Below, one piece after another: positions 18,654-28,740 of a stretch of DNA of 64,000 nucleotides (its first letter is position 1; each line of letters opens with the position of its first letter). The translations under genes were made by a program, and so were the position numbers. The notes beneath the pieces were generated by a model. The model made no database searches. It was not told the origin of the DNA and saw only the letters and a program-made list of their open reading frames with translations. Source of the DNA: Candidatus Latescibacterota bacterium (GTDB taxonomy: Bacteria > Latescibacterota > UBA2968 > UBA8231); contig OY730476.1 of the NCBI GenBank assembly GCA_963422735.1, positions 2,432,001 through 2,496,000 of the forward strand, written 5' to 3'.

Positions 18654-20150
18654 GTGCTGACTGCTACCGATTGCGCTGTCATTGCCATCTATGTCGTTGT
18701 GATGACTTGGATGGGTCTGGTGGCGCGGAAGAAGGCAACCAATGTCGACGAGTACTTTGCTGCTGGCCATCTCTTGCCTTGGTGGATGGCTGCGATATCG
18801 CACCATGTCTCAGGCTATAGCGCTGTACTCTTTGTCGGCTTTGCTGGCCGTGCCAGCAGTGCCGGGTTCAGCATGTGGACTCTATTTTCGCTCTCGTGTT
18901 TTATCGCCATGATGATCGCCGCCCTAGCTTGGGCACCGAGATGGTCCCGCCTCAAAGTTTTAACCCCGGTAGAATACTTGGAAACACGCTATAGCAACTC
19001 TGTGCGGCTACTAGTAGCGCTAGCAGGGATTGGAGTTAAATTTGCCGATCTTGGGATTAAGCTCTACGCCATCTCGATCGTGGTCCAAGTTTGTACCGAT
19101 TGGGATTTGCTGCACATTATCGCCGTGGGCGGTCTAGCCACCATTGTGTATGTCCTAGTCGGCGGTTTGTGGGCTACGGTACTGACCGATGTGATTCAGT
19201 TTTTCATTCAATTCGTTCTCAGCGTCCTCATCATGGTCGTAGTGCTCGGACACGTCGGTGGGTGGGATTCGATGTGGGCTCGATTGCCGGCGGATCGTAC
19301 GATGCCATTCAATGCAGAAGCGGGTATTGGGTTTGATTTCTGGCTGGTTTTGTTGATCGTCACTATACTCAGCTATAGTGGCGGTACTTGGGGACTCGCA
19401 CAGCGCTTCATCTCAGTGGGGCAATCGAAGGATACACAGAAGGCGGCCCTGCTTTCTGGTTTTTTGTACCTTCTTTATCCGATTGTAATTTTCGTGCCGG
19501 CTTGGGCAGCACCGCTGATGATGCCGGAGTATTTCGACCCCAGTTCATTGTTGCCGCACGAAGGATTCGACCCGGACCAGACCTATGTCCTCTTGGCTCG
19601 TCAGGTGCTGACTGATCTGGCTCCAGGGCTGATTGGGTTACTCATTTGCTCGATGTTCGCGGCGACTATGTCCATGATCGACAGCGATATCAATTCACTC
19701 GCCGCGGTCTTCACCAAAGATATCTACCAGCGCAACTTCAATCGCCAAGCGAGCAGCCAAACACTCTTCAGGACCGGGATGATCGCCACGGTTGCCTTTG
19801 GGATGGCGGTGCTGATTACGGCTATCTGGATCGCCGAAAGCGAGGGGATAGGCAAGGTCTTTGAAAAGACCATCAAAATGTTCAGCGCCGTTCTACCCCC
19901 AGTGGCCATCCCACTGATGTTCGGTCTAATCTGGAAACGAACCACAGCTCGGGGTGCCATTCTCTCCCTAATCGGCGGTTTGCTGACCTACGTTCTCTTC
20001 AATTCGATCTATCCCGATAATTTTACCATCAATATGGGTGCTGAGTTGGTCGTCAGCTTCCTGATCTACTTTGCGGAAGGATTCGTGAGCAAGCGCTCAG
20101 CGGAGAAAGAGCGAGAAGTCGAAGCACTCTTTGAGCGGCTGAAGGGCTGA
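18654..20150 (+). CDS. Sodium:solute symporter (SSS) family transporter
   Basis: EYFAAGH.LPWW, TPVEYLETRY, GGLWATVLTDVIQ, AQRF, AATMS.IDS.INS. Confidence 0.92.
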   Translation: MLTATDCAVIAIYVVVMTWMGLVARKKATNVDEYFAAGHLLPWWMAAISHHVSGYSAVLFVGFAGRASSAGFSMWTLFSLSCFIAMMIAALAWAPRWSRLKVLTPVEYLETRYSNSVRLLVALAGIGVKFADLGIKLYAISIVVQVCTDWDLLHIIAVGGLATIVYVLVGGLWATVLTDVIQFFIQFVLSVLIMVVVLGHVGGWDSMWARLPADRTMPFNAEAGIGFDFWLVLLIVTILSYSGGTWGLAQRFISVGQSKDTQKAALLSGFLYLLYPIVIFVPAWAAPLMMPEYFDPSSLLPHEGFDPDQTYVLLARQVLTDLAPGLIGLLICSMFAATMSMIDSDINSLAAVFTKDIYQRNFNRQASSQTLFRTGMIATVAFGMAVLITAIWIAESEGIGKVFEKTIKMFSAVLPPVAIPLMFGLIWKRTTARGAILSLIGGLLTYVLFNSIYPDNFTINMGAELVVSFLIYFAEGFVSKRSAEKEREVEALFERLKG

Positions 20151-20152
20151 TT

Positions 20153-20660
20153 CACTACTACCGCCGGGCGCAGTTCGCTCAAGCGGGCGAAATCTTCGTG
20201 GATGCAGGGTAAGGATGGGCGGATGACGCGGCCATTGCGAAACTGGAGAAGGTGATAAAATCTATTGGAGCGGCGCTTGTGCTCGCGATACTTCGCTTCC
20301 ACGGAAATGCCTTTGAACACCGGCGTCACCAGCGGATTGTGGGTGTGCATGACAATTTTGAACTGCAGGTAGCGTCCGGCAGGAGAATACCATGTCTTGG
20401 AGAATTTTGCTACGGGCTCGAAAGGGGACCATGAGGCGGCTGTAGGCACTAGATTATCGCCCAGACGTACCTCTATTTCTACCTAGCTTCCCTCGGGCAT
20501 GTCCACCTCCCGTCCTGCTCGGCACTCTTCTACGTCGAGCAATCTCTCGATTCTTTTTGGGTCTCCTCCTGTAGCCAAGTCGATCACCGACGAGACAAAG
20601 GTGCCCTGCGGTACGCTGCGATCTAGGAGGCGGATGGTGTACTCCCCGTCAATTTCATCT
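20153..20660 (-). pseudogene. Remnant of a secreted protein gene (fragmented)
   Basis: WSPFEP...GRYLQFKIVMHT.NPLVTPVFKGISVEA...NGRVIRPS, flanked by stops; resembles the RRYLRYRVNL..TP.L segment of the 5124 protein. Confidence 0.45.
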
Positions 20661-20702
20661 TTCTAGCCTAGGTGCTCAAAATCCGGTAATGGGGTACTCT
20701 AA

Positions 20703-20749
20703 TAAAAAAGCCTCCCTTGGCACGATTCTTGGCCAAGGGGGGCTTTTTA
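20703..20749. terminator. Bidirectional intrinsic terminator-like hairpin
   Basis: AAAAAAGCCTCCCTTGGC...GCCAAGGGGGGCTTTTT. Confidence 0.65.
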
Positions 20750-20859
20750 TGCCACGCAGTCTGCACAGGAGTTTATTCCCCTTTCAGGTTGGTGCGAATG
20801 TACCACCCTTCGTCGATGTCCCGATATGGCTCTACTTCAAATCGGCGCTTTATGGTTCG

Positions 20860-21405
20860 CCCTATCTCAGATACCGTGCCATTGCTGGCGCAGAAAAAAA
20901 AGCGGCCACCAACGCAACGGCCCTGAGACTTCCAAGCGTCCTACTGCTAGCCAAGTCCTTTGTGCTTAACCAAAAGCTCACCCCAGGCAGTATAACGATT
21001 CTGGTCGGATCGCTCCTCGGCGGCAATGGTTGGCATCAACCGCAGAGAGGTCTGAAAGGATCGGCCCCACTGGTGCATCCAACGCAATTCAAAGTGCCCT
21101 GGGAGCAAGGTGAGGTTATTGGGAAGAGAGGACATATGACCGAAAAACCTACTCCCTTCTTCGTGAAAGCGAATGCGCTTATAGAAGAAGGCCGCCGCGA
21201 GCGTGTCGCGGCGGCCCTGCCATTGATGGGACAACCGCCATTGGAAGGAAGCCAGCCCGACTGCGTGATAATCCCAGATGCGTGGCTGCTCACCCTGGTA
21301 CTCTACCAACTCCCATCCGTAGTTGGCAAAGGACACTTCCACTGACGGCTGGTTATCCGCGTGGGCTTGGCTGGCTAAGATAGCCAACGCGAAAATTAGC
21401 AGCAT
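20860..21405 (-). pseudogene. Exported beta-rich protein, truncated or frameshifted near 20947
   Basis: Signal peptide MLLIFALAILASQAHA, amphipathic beta pattern, two TAG stops at 20947 and 20941, coding-like continuation in another frame. Confidence 0.45.
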
Positions 21406-21423
21406 GGCGTATCCCTTTCTCCT

Positions 21424-21750
21424 TTACGGGAGGAGCCACCCCGGACGATTGGTATGCAAATTGACTTCGGCGTGTTGGGGCGAACCATGCACGGCATAGT
21501 GGTCTTCATCTAAGGCCACGTTACCCGTTGGATACATGTAGACGAATTTCCACTCGCCGACATCATCGTCTTGATTCCAACCCGGATCATACTCGTACAC
21601 TTTGAGGTGTATTTCGTCCTCGCGCTCGTAGCCGGTAACGGTTTCGGGCCAAAATACCTTACCCTTGCACTTCAGCCCTGAGTGAAGATAAATCCTCTGA
21701 CTCGACTTTGGCCATCTAGGCGACTTTAGGACACCCCAATTAAACCTGAA
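21424..21750 (-). pseudogene. 5'-truncated ORF (not in the ORF track)
   Basis: Open frame ...IYLHSGLKCKGKVFWPETVTGYEREDEIHLKVYEYDPGWNQDDDVGEWKF...WLLP*; stop is followed by AGGAGA RBS for the 21405 gene. Confidence 0.55.
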
Positions 21751-21926
21751 TTATTGATGAAAATAGTTTGCTGAGCCAAGTTGTTGCATTATTATAATAA
21801 GAACACCTCAAATCAGCCACTAGTGTTCTCACAGATTCCCCTGCTCCAATCAGTAGTTCGGATACCCTAGAGGCAGCGTAAATAGCGACAACACGACAAA
21901 GATAAACTCGTAACGCAAGGGTGGTA

Positions 21927-23264
21927 ATGAAGCTGAAAACAGTCATTCTGATAAGCCTACTTTTTGGTGTCTTTCTTCTCGTAGTGTTCTATGTCGATAG
22001 AAAGGAAGGCGAAAAAGAGGAAGAAGATTACTACTCTAGGGAATTACTGACTTTTAACAAGGATGAAGTGGGCGAACTTAGCATAGAGAATGCGAGCGGT
22101 AGAGTAGTGTGCCGAAAGGTCGGGGAAGATTGGCAGATCATCGAGCCTGTAACGGTTGATGCACATCGGGGGGCCATACAAGCTGTCCTAGCCAATCTCG
22201 AGCGGGCACGACTGACGCGATTTCTCGTCTTGGGCGATGAATCGCCGGAAGAGGCGCTCAAAAAGTACGGTCTAGACTTTCCGAGTGTGAAAGTGAGTCT
22301 TCACGTCGGGGGACGCCTTCTGGACACGGTCCTGTTTGGAAATGAGAATCCATCTGGACGGTATGTCTATGTCAAGAAGGATTCTGAGGACCGCATCGGT
22401 ATGGTCGAATTGTACCGTCGCACTGGGGTAGACAAGCAATGGAGCGAACTGAGGAATAAGACTACGCTCAAATTCAAGAGGGCACTGGCGACGAAATTGA
22501 GAATTGAAAGTCAGGAGGACACCGTCGAAGTAACAAAGAGCGGTGAGGAGTGGCGGATGAAGTTCCCGACAGAGGCGAGAGGATATGGAGAAGCTATAGA
22601 ATCCATTCTACAGGGCTTGGCCTCACCCGTCGAAGACTTTGTCGACGATGCACCCAATAGCTTGGGGCCATACGGCTTGGACCCGCCTGCGCTACGCGTC
22701 GAAGTTTCGGTGGGGGAGGATGAGGTCCATACTTTGTGGGTTGGATCTGAGAAGGGGGGGAGCCACTACGCCAGAGATATGTCAAGAGGTCCTGTGTTCA
22801 CCCTCGATTCGTCCTTTGTAAATCAGCTACATCGGGCGAGTTTCGAGTTGAAATCTAGGAAATTGTTCGATTTTATCCGGGAAGAGGTCAACCGCGTCGA
22901 GTTCGCCTATAGGGATAGCTCCATACTTTGCGTACGAGACAGTGCCGTTTGGCTGGCAGTTCCCCAGGACCGGCCGATCAATACGATGGAGTTAGAAGCA
23001 GTCCTGTTCAACATGGAGAAGCTCAAAGTCGGAAAATTCCCGACACTGGCTCAAGATCTCCACCGTGACTACGGCCTCAATCCACCGCGCATGAGAATCA
23101 GGCTCTGGGCCGGGGAGGAGACTGTCGGCGATCTTTCTCTCGGTGAGGACGAGGGAGATATGGTCTACGTCAAGAAGGGCGAGAACGACTTGATCTATCT
23201 AGTAAATAAGGAAATGGCCGAATCCCTTACGGCGGAGAGGCTATTTGCGCCAGAGCAGAGATAG
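21927..23264 (+). CDS. DUF4340 domain-containing membrane-anchored protein
   Basis: N-terminal TM; three repeats of W.I..P...L..YGLD.P...V.L...G. Confidence 0.85.
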   Translation: MKLKTVILISLLFGVFLLVVFYVDRKEGEKEEEDYYSRELLTFNKDEVGELSIENASGRVVCRKVGEDWQIIEPVTVDAHRGAIQAVLANLERARLTRFLVLGDESPEEALKKYGLDFPSVKVSLHVGGRLLDTVLFGNENPSGRYVYVKKDSEDRIGMVELYRRTGVDKQWSELRNKTTLKFKRALATKLRIESQEDTVEVTKSGEEWRMKFPTEARGYGEAIESILQGLASPVEDFVDDAPNSLGPYGLDPPALRVEVSVGEDEVHTLWVGSEKGGSHYARDMSRGPVFTLDSSFVNQLHRASFELKSRKLFDFIREEVNRVEFAYRDSSILCVRDSAVWLAVPQDRPINTMELEAVLFNMEKLKVGKFPTLAQDLHRDYGLNPPRMRIRLWAGEETVGDLSLGEDEGDMVYVKKGENDLIYLVNKEMAESLTAERLFAPEQR

Positions 23265-23283
23265 ACGAAAGAGAGAATATCCG

Positions 23284-24516
23284 GTGTCGGGAAAGAGCAC
23301 AGCCCGGATCAAATGGGGCGGTATCGGAATGGTATGTGCTGGCCTCATAGGAGTGATCTCTTTGTACTTTTTCGCCTCTGTACCTTCGAGAGCTCAGTCC
23401 GCAGCCAAGGCGTTATTCGAGCAGGGAAACGCCCACTTGAACGTCGGTCAGGTGGGCCGTGCAATTGGCTATTATGAAAAGGCGATCGACCGCGATCCAG
23501 ATTTTGTCTATGCCTACAACGGTATGGGCATGGCCTACAGAGCCACGGGAGATTTGGCCCGGGCAGAGTATTACCTCCTGCAGGCTCTTTCCCTAGATCG
23601 GACCTTGGTGGATACCTACAACAATCTGGGGATCATCTACTCGGAGAGCGATAGGACGGAGAAGGCAGAAGCCATATACAGACAGGCTCTTGCTTTGGAC
23701 CCGAACTCCGCCGTGACGCACTACAATCTGGGTGCCTTCTATGTGCAGATCGGCCAGTACAGCAAGGCGGTGGAGGAGTATAGGAAGGCCGTCCAACTCA
23801 GACAGGACCTGTTCCAAGCTCACAACAACCTAGCACTCACCTACATCGCCTTGGGCAAGCCGAGGGAGGCTATAGAGGAGTACGAGATTTCGCTCCAGTT
23901 GAATCCTCATCAGAGCAGAGCCTACTACAATCTCGGACTCGTCTATGCTGAAGAAGGCCAGTATGAAGTGGCGCTCAACTATTACAGGAAGGCACTCCAG
24001 GGCAAGCGCGATAATCCCGATGTTTACTATCGCCTCGGCCTGATCTACGAGGGCATGCAACAGGAGGAGCAGGCGATGGCGCAGTACGAGAAGGTTCTCG
24101 CCCTCGCCCCATCCCACCGACAGTCCCATTACCGCATCGGGTTGCTTTTGGCTAGGGAAAATCGCTACAGAGAAGCTGTGATCTATTACGAGAAGGCGAT
24201 CTCCCTAGATCCCCAATACGCCGATGCCCGCTACAATTTGGGCAGGGCTTATATGAAATTGGGAATGAGAGCAGAATCCCAACGCGAGATGGACTTGTTC
24301 AAGAATATGAGCCAGTACAACAAAGAGAAAGAGCACATCGACAAAATTCTGCTCTACATGCCCGGCGATGCGGCGGCGCACTGGAAATTGGGACGCATAC
24401 ACGAAAAATACGGTCAGTACGAGAAGGCGATCGCCGCGTACAGGAAGGCTCTGACACTGCGACCGGGCTTTGAGGAAGCTCGGCGGGGACTCAAAGAAGC
24501 ACTGCAGAGCCTTTGA
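23284..24516 (+). CDS. Tetratricopeptide repeat protein
   Basis: About ten canonical TPRs (YNNLG, HYNLG, ALDP); N-terminal hydrophobic segment. Confidence 0.9.
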   Translation: MSGKSTARIKWGGIGMVCAGLIGVISLYFFASVPSRAQSAAKALFEQGNAHLNVGQVGRAIGYYEKAIDRDPDFVYAYNGMGMAYRATGDLARAEYYLLQALSLDRTLVDTYNNLGIIYSESDRTEKAEAIYRQALALDPNSAVTHYNLGAFYVQIGQYSKAVEEYRKAVQLRQDLFQAHNNLALTYIALGKPREAIEEYEISLQLNPHQSRAYYNLGLVYAEEGQYEVALNYYRKALQGKRDNPDVYYRLGLIYEGMQQEEQAMAQYEKVLALAPSHRQSHYRIGLLLARENRYREAVIYYEKAISLDPQYADARYNLGRAYMKLGMRAESQREMDLFKNMSQYNKEKEHIDKILLYMPGDAAAHWKLGRIHEKYGQYEKAIAAYRKALTLRPGFEEARRGLKEALQSL

Positions 24517-24550
24517 GTTCTTCAAAGGGTTTGAAAAGAGGAGAGGACTG

Positions 24551-27500
24551 ATGAATTTGCTGGGATTGACGGTTGTGGGTATGACCTTGGGCATTGCCCT
24601 CCTAGCGAAAGATGTGCCCACCAGAGAGTACATGCTCTCCACCTTCCAAGCGGGTCAGAGTTTCTATTCCGAGGGGGCCTACGATCAGGCCATCGAGAAG
24701 TTCGAGGATATCAGCAGTGTTCGCAGTATGTTGCTGGATGACAGCGACATCATCGTCGTCGTTGGAAAAGTGGAAACTGCGGTGAAAGACGCGGCGATTT
24801 ACCAGATGGGCAATGCGTATTTTAAGATGTTCGAGGAAGAATTTCGTGCCTCGAAGGACGAGTCGAACAAAGAGGGACAGGAGAAGCGGAAAGGGCGGGC
24901 GGAGGAATACTTGGAAACTGCGGTGAGCTATTTTTTTGGAGTGGAACAAAATGCTAGGTCCGAGAATTTACGGGTGCTAGCGCAGAACAGGATTACGGCC
25001 TGTTGGTACATCGCGCGGCACTATCGAGAGGTCATCCGCGAGGGACAGAAATTTATTGAGAAATATCCCGACAACGCATATGTAGTGGAGGCACTTTACA
25101 ATATAGGATGGTCCTACTACGAACTAAAGGAATACGCCAATAGCATCGAAACCTTTACCGAACTGACGGAGCGCTTCAAATCCGGTTTTCAGGTCAGCCG
25201 GGCCTTTTTCCAGATCGGTGAATGCTATTATGACCAAGGACAGTACCGCAAGGCGATCCCCTACTATCAACAATTGGTGGACCAGTTAAACATCGGTGCG
25301 TTGAGCGAACAAGAGATTCAGAAAATGCAGTTCGAGAAAGTGGCCGGGTTGGTGGACGAAACCGAGTATGAATTGACTGCAAAGGCCCAGATCCGAATCG
25401 GGGACTGCTACAGCCAGTTAGAGGATTTTGAAAAGGCAGAGCTATCCTATCGCTCTGTCATCACGGTGTTTGCCCAAGAGCGGAGACTAGTTGAGAAGGC
25501 TTATCAGAGTCTGGCGGATATGTACTTTGAAAACCGGCTTTTCGCCCTATGTGTGGATACGTACCGCGAGGCCATCGTCCAAATACCCAACAACACATTT
25601 AAGGCGCGAATGCAGTTCCAGCTAGCTCAGCGCTACACCGAAGCGAGCGAAGAATGGGGAGAAGACCATTTTGAAGATGCGATTCGCGAATACAATGTAT
25701 ATGTGAAAGCCTACGGCGAGATCGCCTCCCGAGCCGGCTACTCCTTAGGGAATTCTTGGTTCGAAATTGGTCGAGCCTATTACTCTAAGGCCGAAAAATT
25801 GGTACAGCAGGGAGAGGTCGTAGGGGCCCACGAGGCATACGCGGCAGCCGTGCAGGCCTACGACACGGTCTTGGAGCAGTATCCCGATCCGAATTTTGTC
25901 ACCACGACCAGATTCAATGTCGCTCTATCCAAACAGAGGATTGGCGAGCAAGCGGCGCAGCGCGAGGCGGAAGAGATCTACCGGAAGCTCATCGCGGACA
26001 ATCGCGATGGCACTTATGCGAGGAGCTCACAATTCCAACTGGCGCGGATGTTCTACAACGAGGAGCTATACGACAAGGCGGTGGCCTTCTACGATGAGAT
26101 TATCGCGGTAACGGATGACTCCACTCAGTTGGATATCGCCCATTTTGAACTGGGATTGGCTCTTACTAAAAAAGGAGAGGTCGAAAGGGCGACAGAGGTC
26201 TTTTTGCAGGTGCGAGAGACGGCACCGCAGTCCTCATTGGCATGCGTCGAAGCAGGGCGCATATACCTGAGTATAGAGCAATTCGACCGAGCTCTGGAGA
26301 TTCTCGAGCGAGGCATGGCTAGAGTTAGCAGTGAGGAGGAGCGGGCTCAATACCACTACCTGATGGGCAAGGCGTGGGTGGGAAAAGAGGAGTACGAGCG
26401 TGCGGTGAACCAATTTACGCAGGCCATTAATATTACGGGCAACCCCAAGTTGAAGGAGATCGCACAGTACGACAGGGGAACGAGCTACTCGCGTCTGGAG
26501 CGATACGCAGAAGCAGAGGAAGACCTGAGAGTGCTGGAGAACTCTGCCGACGAGAAGATCAAAAGTCCGGCCCAGAAGATGTTGGGGATCGCTTATCTCC
26601 GCTTAAACAGACAGGAAGAGGCACTCGAGAGCTATAGGCGATTGGCCACTGCGGCCGAAGATCCAATTGAACAGGCAGAGTACATGGTACTTATGCTGAC
26701 ACTCTATCTCGAGTTGGAGCAGTATGATACAGCCATCGCCACGGGACGGGAAATTCTGGCGATGGACCTAGAGGATAGCAAAGGAGATAGAGATTACTGG
26801 TTGGAGGAGCAAGTCTATTACCTCATTGGTGAAAGCCAGCAGCACAAGGGGCAATACGAAGGAGCGATATCGACGTATAGCGAAGGACTCAAGCGCTACC
26901 CGAACTCTTACTATTCTGTCGATATGGCCTATGCTCTGGGAACGCTTTACTTTCAGAGCGAACAGTTCGACGAATCGGCGGAAGTATTAAGCGCTTTTGT
27001 AACGCGTTTCCCCGACTCAACTAACATTGGGTACGCGTACTACTATCTTGGGTACGCGTATTTCAGCCTGAGGGAATTCGATCGGTCTGCAGAGGTCTTC
27101 AAGAAGCTGGTGGAAAAATATCCGCAAGCCGATATGGCAGCAGAGGCACTGATGCGTGCATCTGAGAGTGTATTCAATTTGGGAAAATTTGATGAGGCGA
27201 TCACGCTGTACCAGCGTCTATTAGAGGATCATCTAGAGTCGCCGTTTAGAGATGATGCACTCTATAACACGGCTTGGGCGTTCTACGAACTGAAGGACGA
27301 GAAAAAATTCATTCAGACTTTTGAACGTCTGCTCGCAACCTTTCCCAACAGCGAATTTGCAGTAGATGCCCGCTTTACACTGGGCGATTATTACTTCAAC
27401 AAGGAAGACTACGAAAGGGCACAGGTCGAGTACCAACATGTACTGGACGACTATCCTGAGGCCGATATCACCAGAGAAATTCCCAAGGTCCTAGAAAACG

Positions 27501-27838
27501 TGTGGGAACTCATAGCCTATGAGGAATACGAACGGACTATGGCTATATTTGGCGAGGCTATGGTCTTGGACAAAGAGGGCGAGAGAGAGAAAACGCGACA
27601 GAAATTCGACGAGGTGGTGCCGCTGTTCATAGCTCTCACGGAGAAATATCCCGGCACCGAGGTGGAAATCGGCGCACTAAGCAATTTGGGTACATGTTAT
27701 GAGTTTTTGCGCCAGTGGAAGAAAGCTGTGCAAACCTACGATAAAGTGATCGCTCTATTCGAGGACGATAAAGCCAGCGAGGATGCCTATCGATTTGCCA
27801 AGGGGCATCGGGACTGGATCGTGAACTCTAAGCTGTGA
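24551..27838 (+). CDS. Large exported TPR protein (BamD/CpoB-like TPR repeats)
   Basis: Signal-like N-terminus; repeated YP.S...A.Y..G..YY pattern over ~1090 aa. Confidence 0.88.
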   Translation: MNLLGLTVVGMTLGIALLAKDVPTREYMLSTFQAGQSFYSEGAYDQAIEKFEDISSVRSMLLDDSDIIVVVGKVETAVKDAAIYQMGNAYFKMFEEEFRASKDESNKEGQEKRKGRAEEYLETAVSYFFGVEQNARSENLRVLAQNRITACWYIARHYREVIREGQKFIEKYPDNAYVVEALYNIGWSYYELKEYANSIETFTELTERFKSGFQVSRAFFQIGECYYDQGQYRKAIPYYQQLVDQLNIGALSEQEIQKMQFEKVAGLVDETEYELTAKAQIRIGDCYSQLEDFEKAELSYRSVITVFAQERRLVEKAYQSLADMYFENRLFALCVDTYREAIVQIPNNTFKARMQFQLAQRYTEASEEWGEDHFEDAIREYNVYVKAYGEIASRAGYSLGNSWFEIGRAYYSKAEKLVQQGEVVGAHEAYAAAVQAYDTVLEQYPDPNFVTTTRFNVALSKQRIGEQAAQREAEEIYRKLIADNRDGTYARSSQFQLARMFYNEELYDKAVAFYDEIIAVTDDSTQLDIAHFELGLALTKKGEVERATEVFLQVRETAPQSSLACVEAGRIYLSIEQFDRALEILERGMARVSSEEERAQYHYLMGKAWVGKEEYERAVNQFTQAINITGNPKLKEIAQYDRGTSYSRLERYAEAEEDLRVLENSADEKIKSPAQKMLGIAYLRLNRQEEALESYRRLATAAEDPIEQAEYMVLMLTLYLELEQYDTAIATGREILAMDLEDSKGDRDYWLEEQVYYLIGESQQHKGQYEGAISTYSEGLKRYPNSYYSVDMAYALGTLYFQSEQFDESAEVLSAFVTRFPDSTNIGYAYYYLGYAYFSLREFDRSAEVFKKLVEKYPQADMAAEALMRASESVFNLGKFDEAITLYQRLLEDHLESPFRDDALYNTAWAFYELKDEKKFIQTFERLLATFPNSEFAVDARFTLGDYYFNKEDYERAQVEYQHVLDDYPEADITREIPKVLENVWELIAYEEYERTMAIFGEAMVLDKEGEREKTRQKFDEVVPLFIALTEKYPGTEVEIGALSNLGTCYEFLRQWKKAVQTYDKVIALFEDDKASEDAYRFAKGHRDWIVNSKL

Positions 27839-27906
27839 TGCTCGAGATGAGTAGATTGGCTGGGCTCGCGCAGGTTGAGGGGAAAATAAGTCATAGCAAA
27901 AAGGGA

Positions 27907-28698
27907 ATGAATATGAAAATCATCGGCAAGGCGACAAGGCGGATACTGGTAGCTTGTACAGCCCAAATCGCGGTGGGGTGCATTATTTTTCCGCCGAAGA
28001 TCCATTACAGCTCGTACCTGGTGCCCGTGGAAAAGAGCGGCAATGAAGCTCCGTATAGAGTGGAGAACGATGGCTCTGTGTATATGTCGGATGGATTGCG
28101 GGTCAACGCCAAATTTATGACGGATGCAGAGCTGAATGTCTTGCTCTCCGAAGATTCGAATAGAGGAGAGTATTCGACTAATCCCTATACCTACGGCGAC
28201 TACATTGATCGGGATATAGGTTATACCCCCAACCGCTTCACTGTCTTCAAGGTGAGTGTTTTCAACCAGACTTTTGCCAAAGTTCAACTCTATCCCCTCA
28301 AAGCCATTCTTTTGACGGATCAGGGCCAGACACTCCATTCCTACGGGATGCCATCGACGTCGCCTTACAATAGCTTCGAGCGGTATTACAGAGGCTTGCG
28401 CGGGCAGAGCGGCAATGAATTCTACCGCTTTGGAGTCAGAATGGGGCATGTCCGCAGTCTGAACTATGCGGAGGATCAGCCGATATTCAAGGGAGAGAGC
28501 TACAGCGGTCTGATCGCCTTTGATTCGCTCGATCCAGCGGTGGAGAAAGTGCGGTTGGTACTGAAAGAATTCGCGCTCAAATTCGACGAGTTCGGCACGC
28601 CGCTGGAAACGGTTGATATCCGTTTCGACTTCAACCGCAGGGTAGAGAAGTGGGAGGTGAAGAAAGACCATGAGGCGGTGAGCTTTGACCGTCAATAG
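27907..28698 (+). CDS. Hypothetical lipoprotein
   Basis: Lipobox-like AVGC; NPYTYGD..D...GYTPNRFTVF; Ig-like C-terminus. Confidence 0.7.
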   Translation: MNMKIIGKATRRILVACTAQIAVGCIIFPPKIHYSSYLVPVEKSGNEAPYRVENDGSVYMSDGLRVNAKFMTDAELNVLLSEDSNRGEYSTNPYTYGDYIDRDIGYTPNRFTVFKVSVFNQTFAKVQLYPLKAILLTDQGQTLHSYGMPSTSPYNSFERYYRGLRGQSGNEFYRFGVRMGHVRSLNYAEDQPIFKGESYSGLIAFDSLDPAVEKVRLVLKEFALKFDEFGTPLETVDIRFDFNRRVEKWEVKKDHEAVSFDRQ

Positions 28699-28740
28699 TG
28701 GCTTTGAACCATCATCTCCGCTCTGGTGATAGCTCTTCCC

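Noticed and set aside
27027-27060. TTGGGTACGCGTA twice at 21-bp spacing
   Set aside because: Only two copies within TPR coding sequence (GYAY); no evidence of a separate function
27787-28695. Long antisense or alternate-frame ORFs (also 14650-15489, 45561-46397, 53738-54580, 58964-59917, 62012-62857)
   Set aside because: They shadow well-supported genes and have no recognisable motifs; expected in GC-rich DNA
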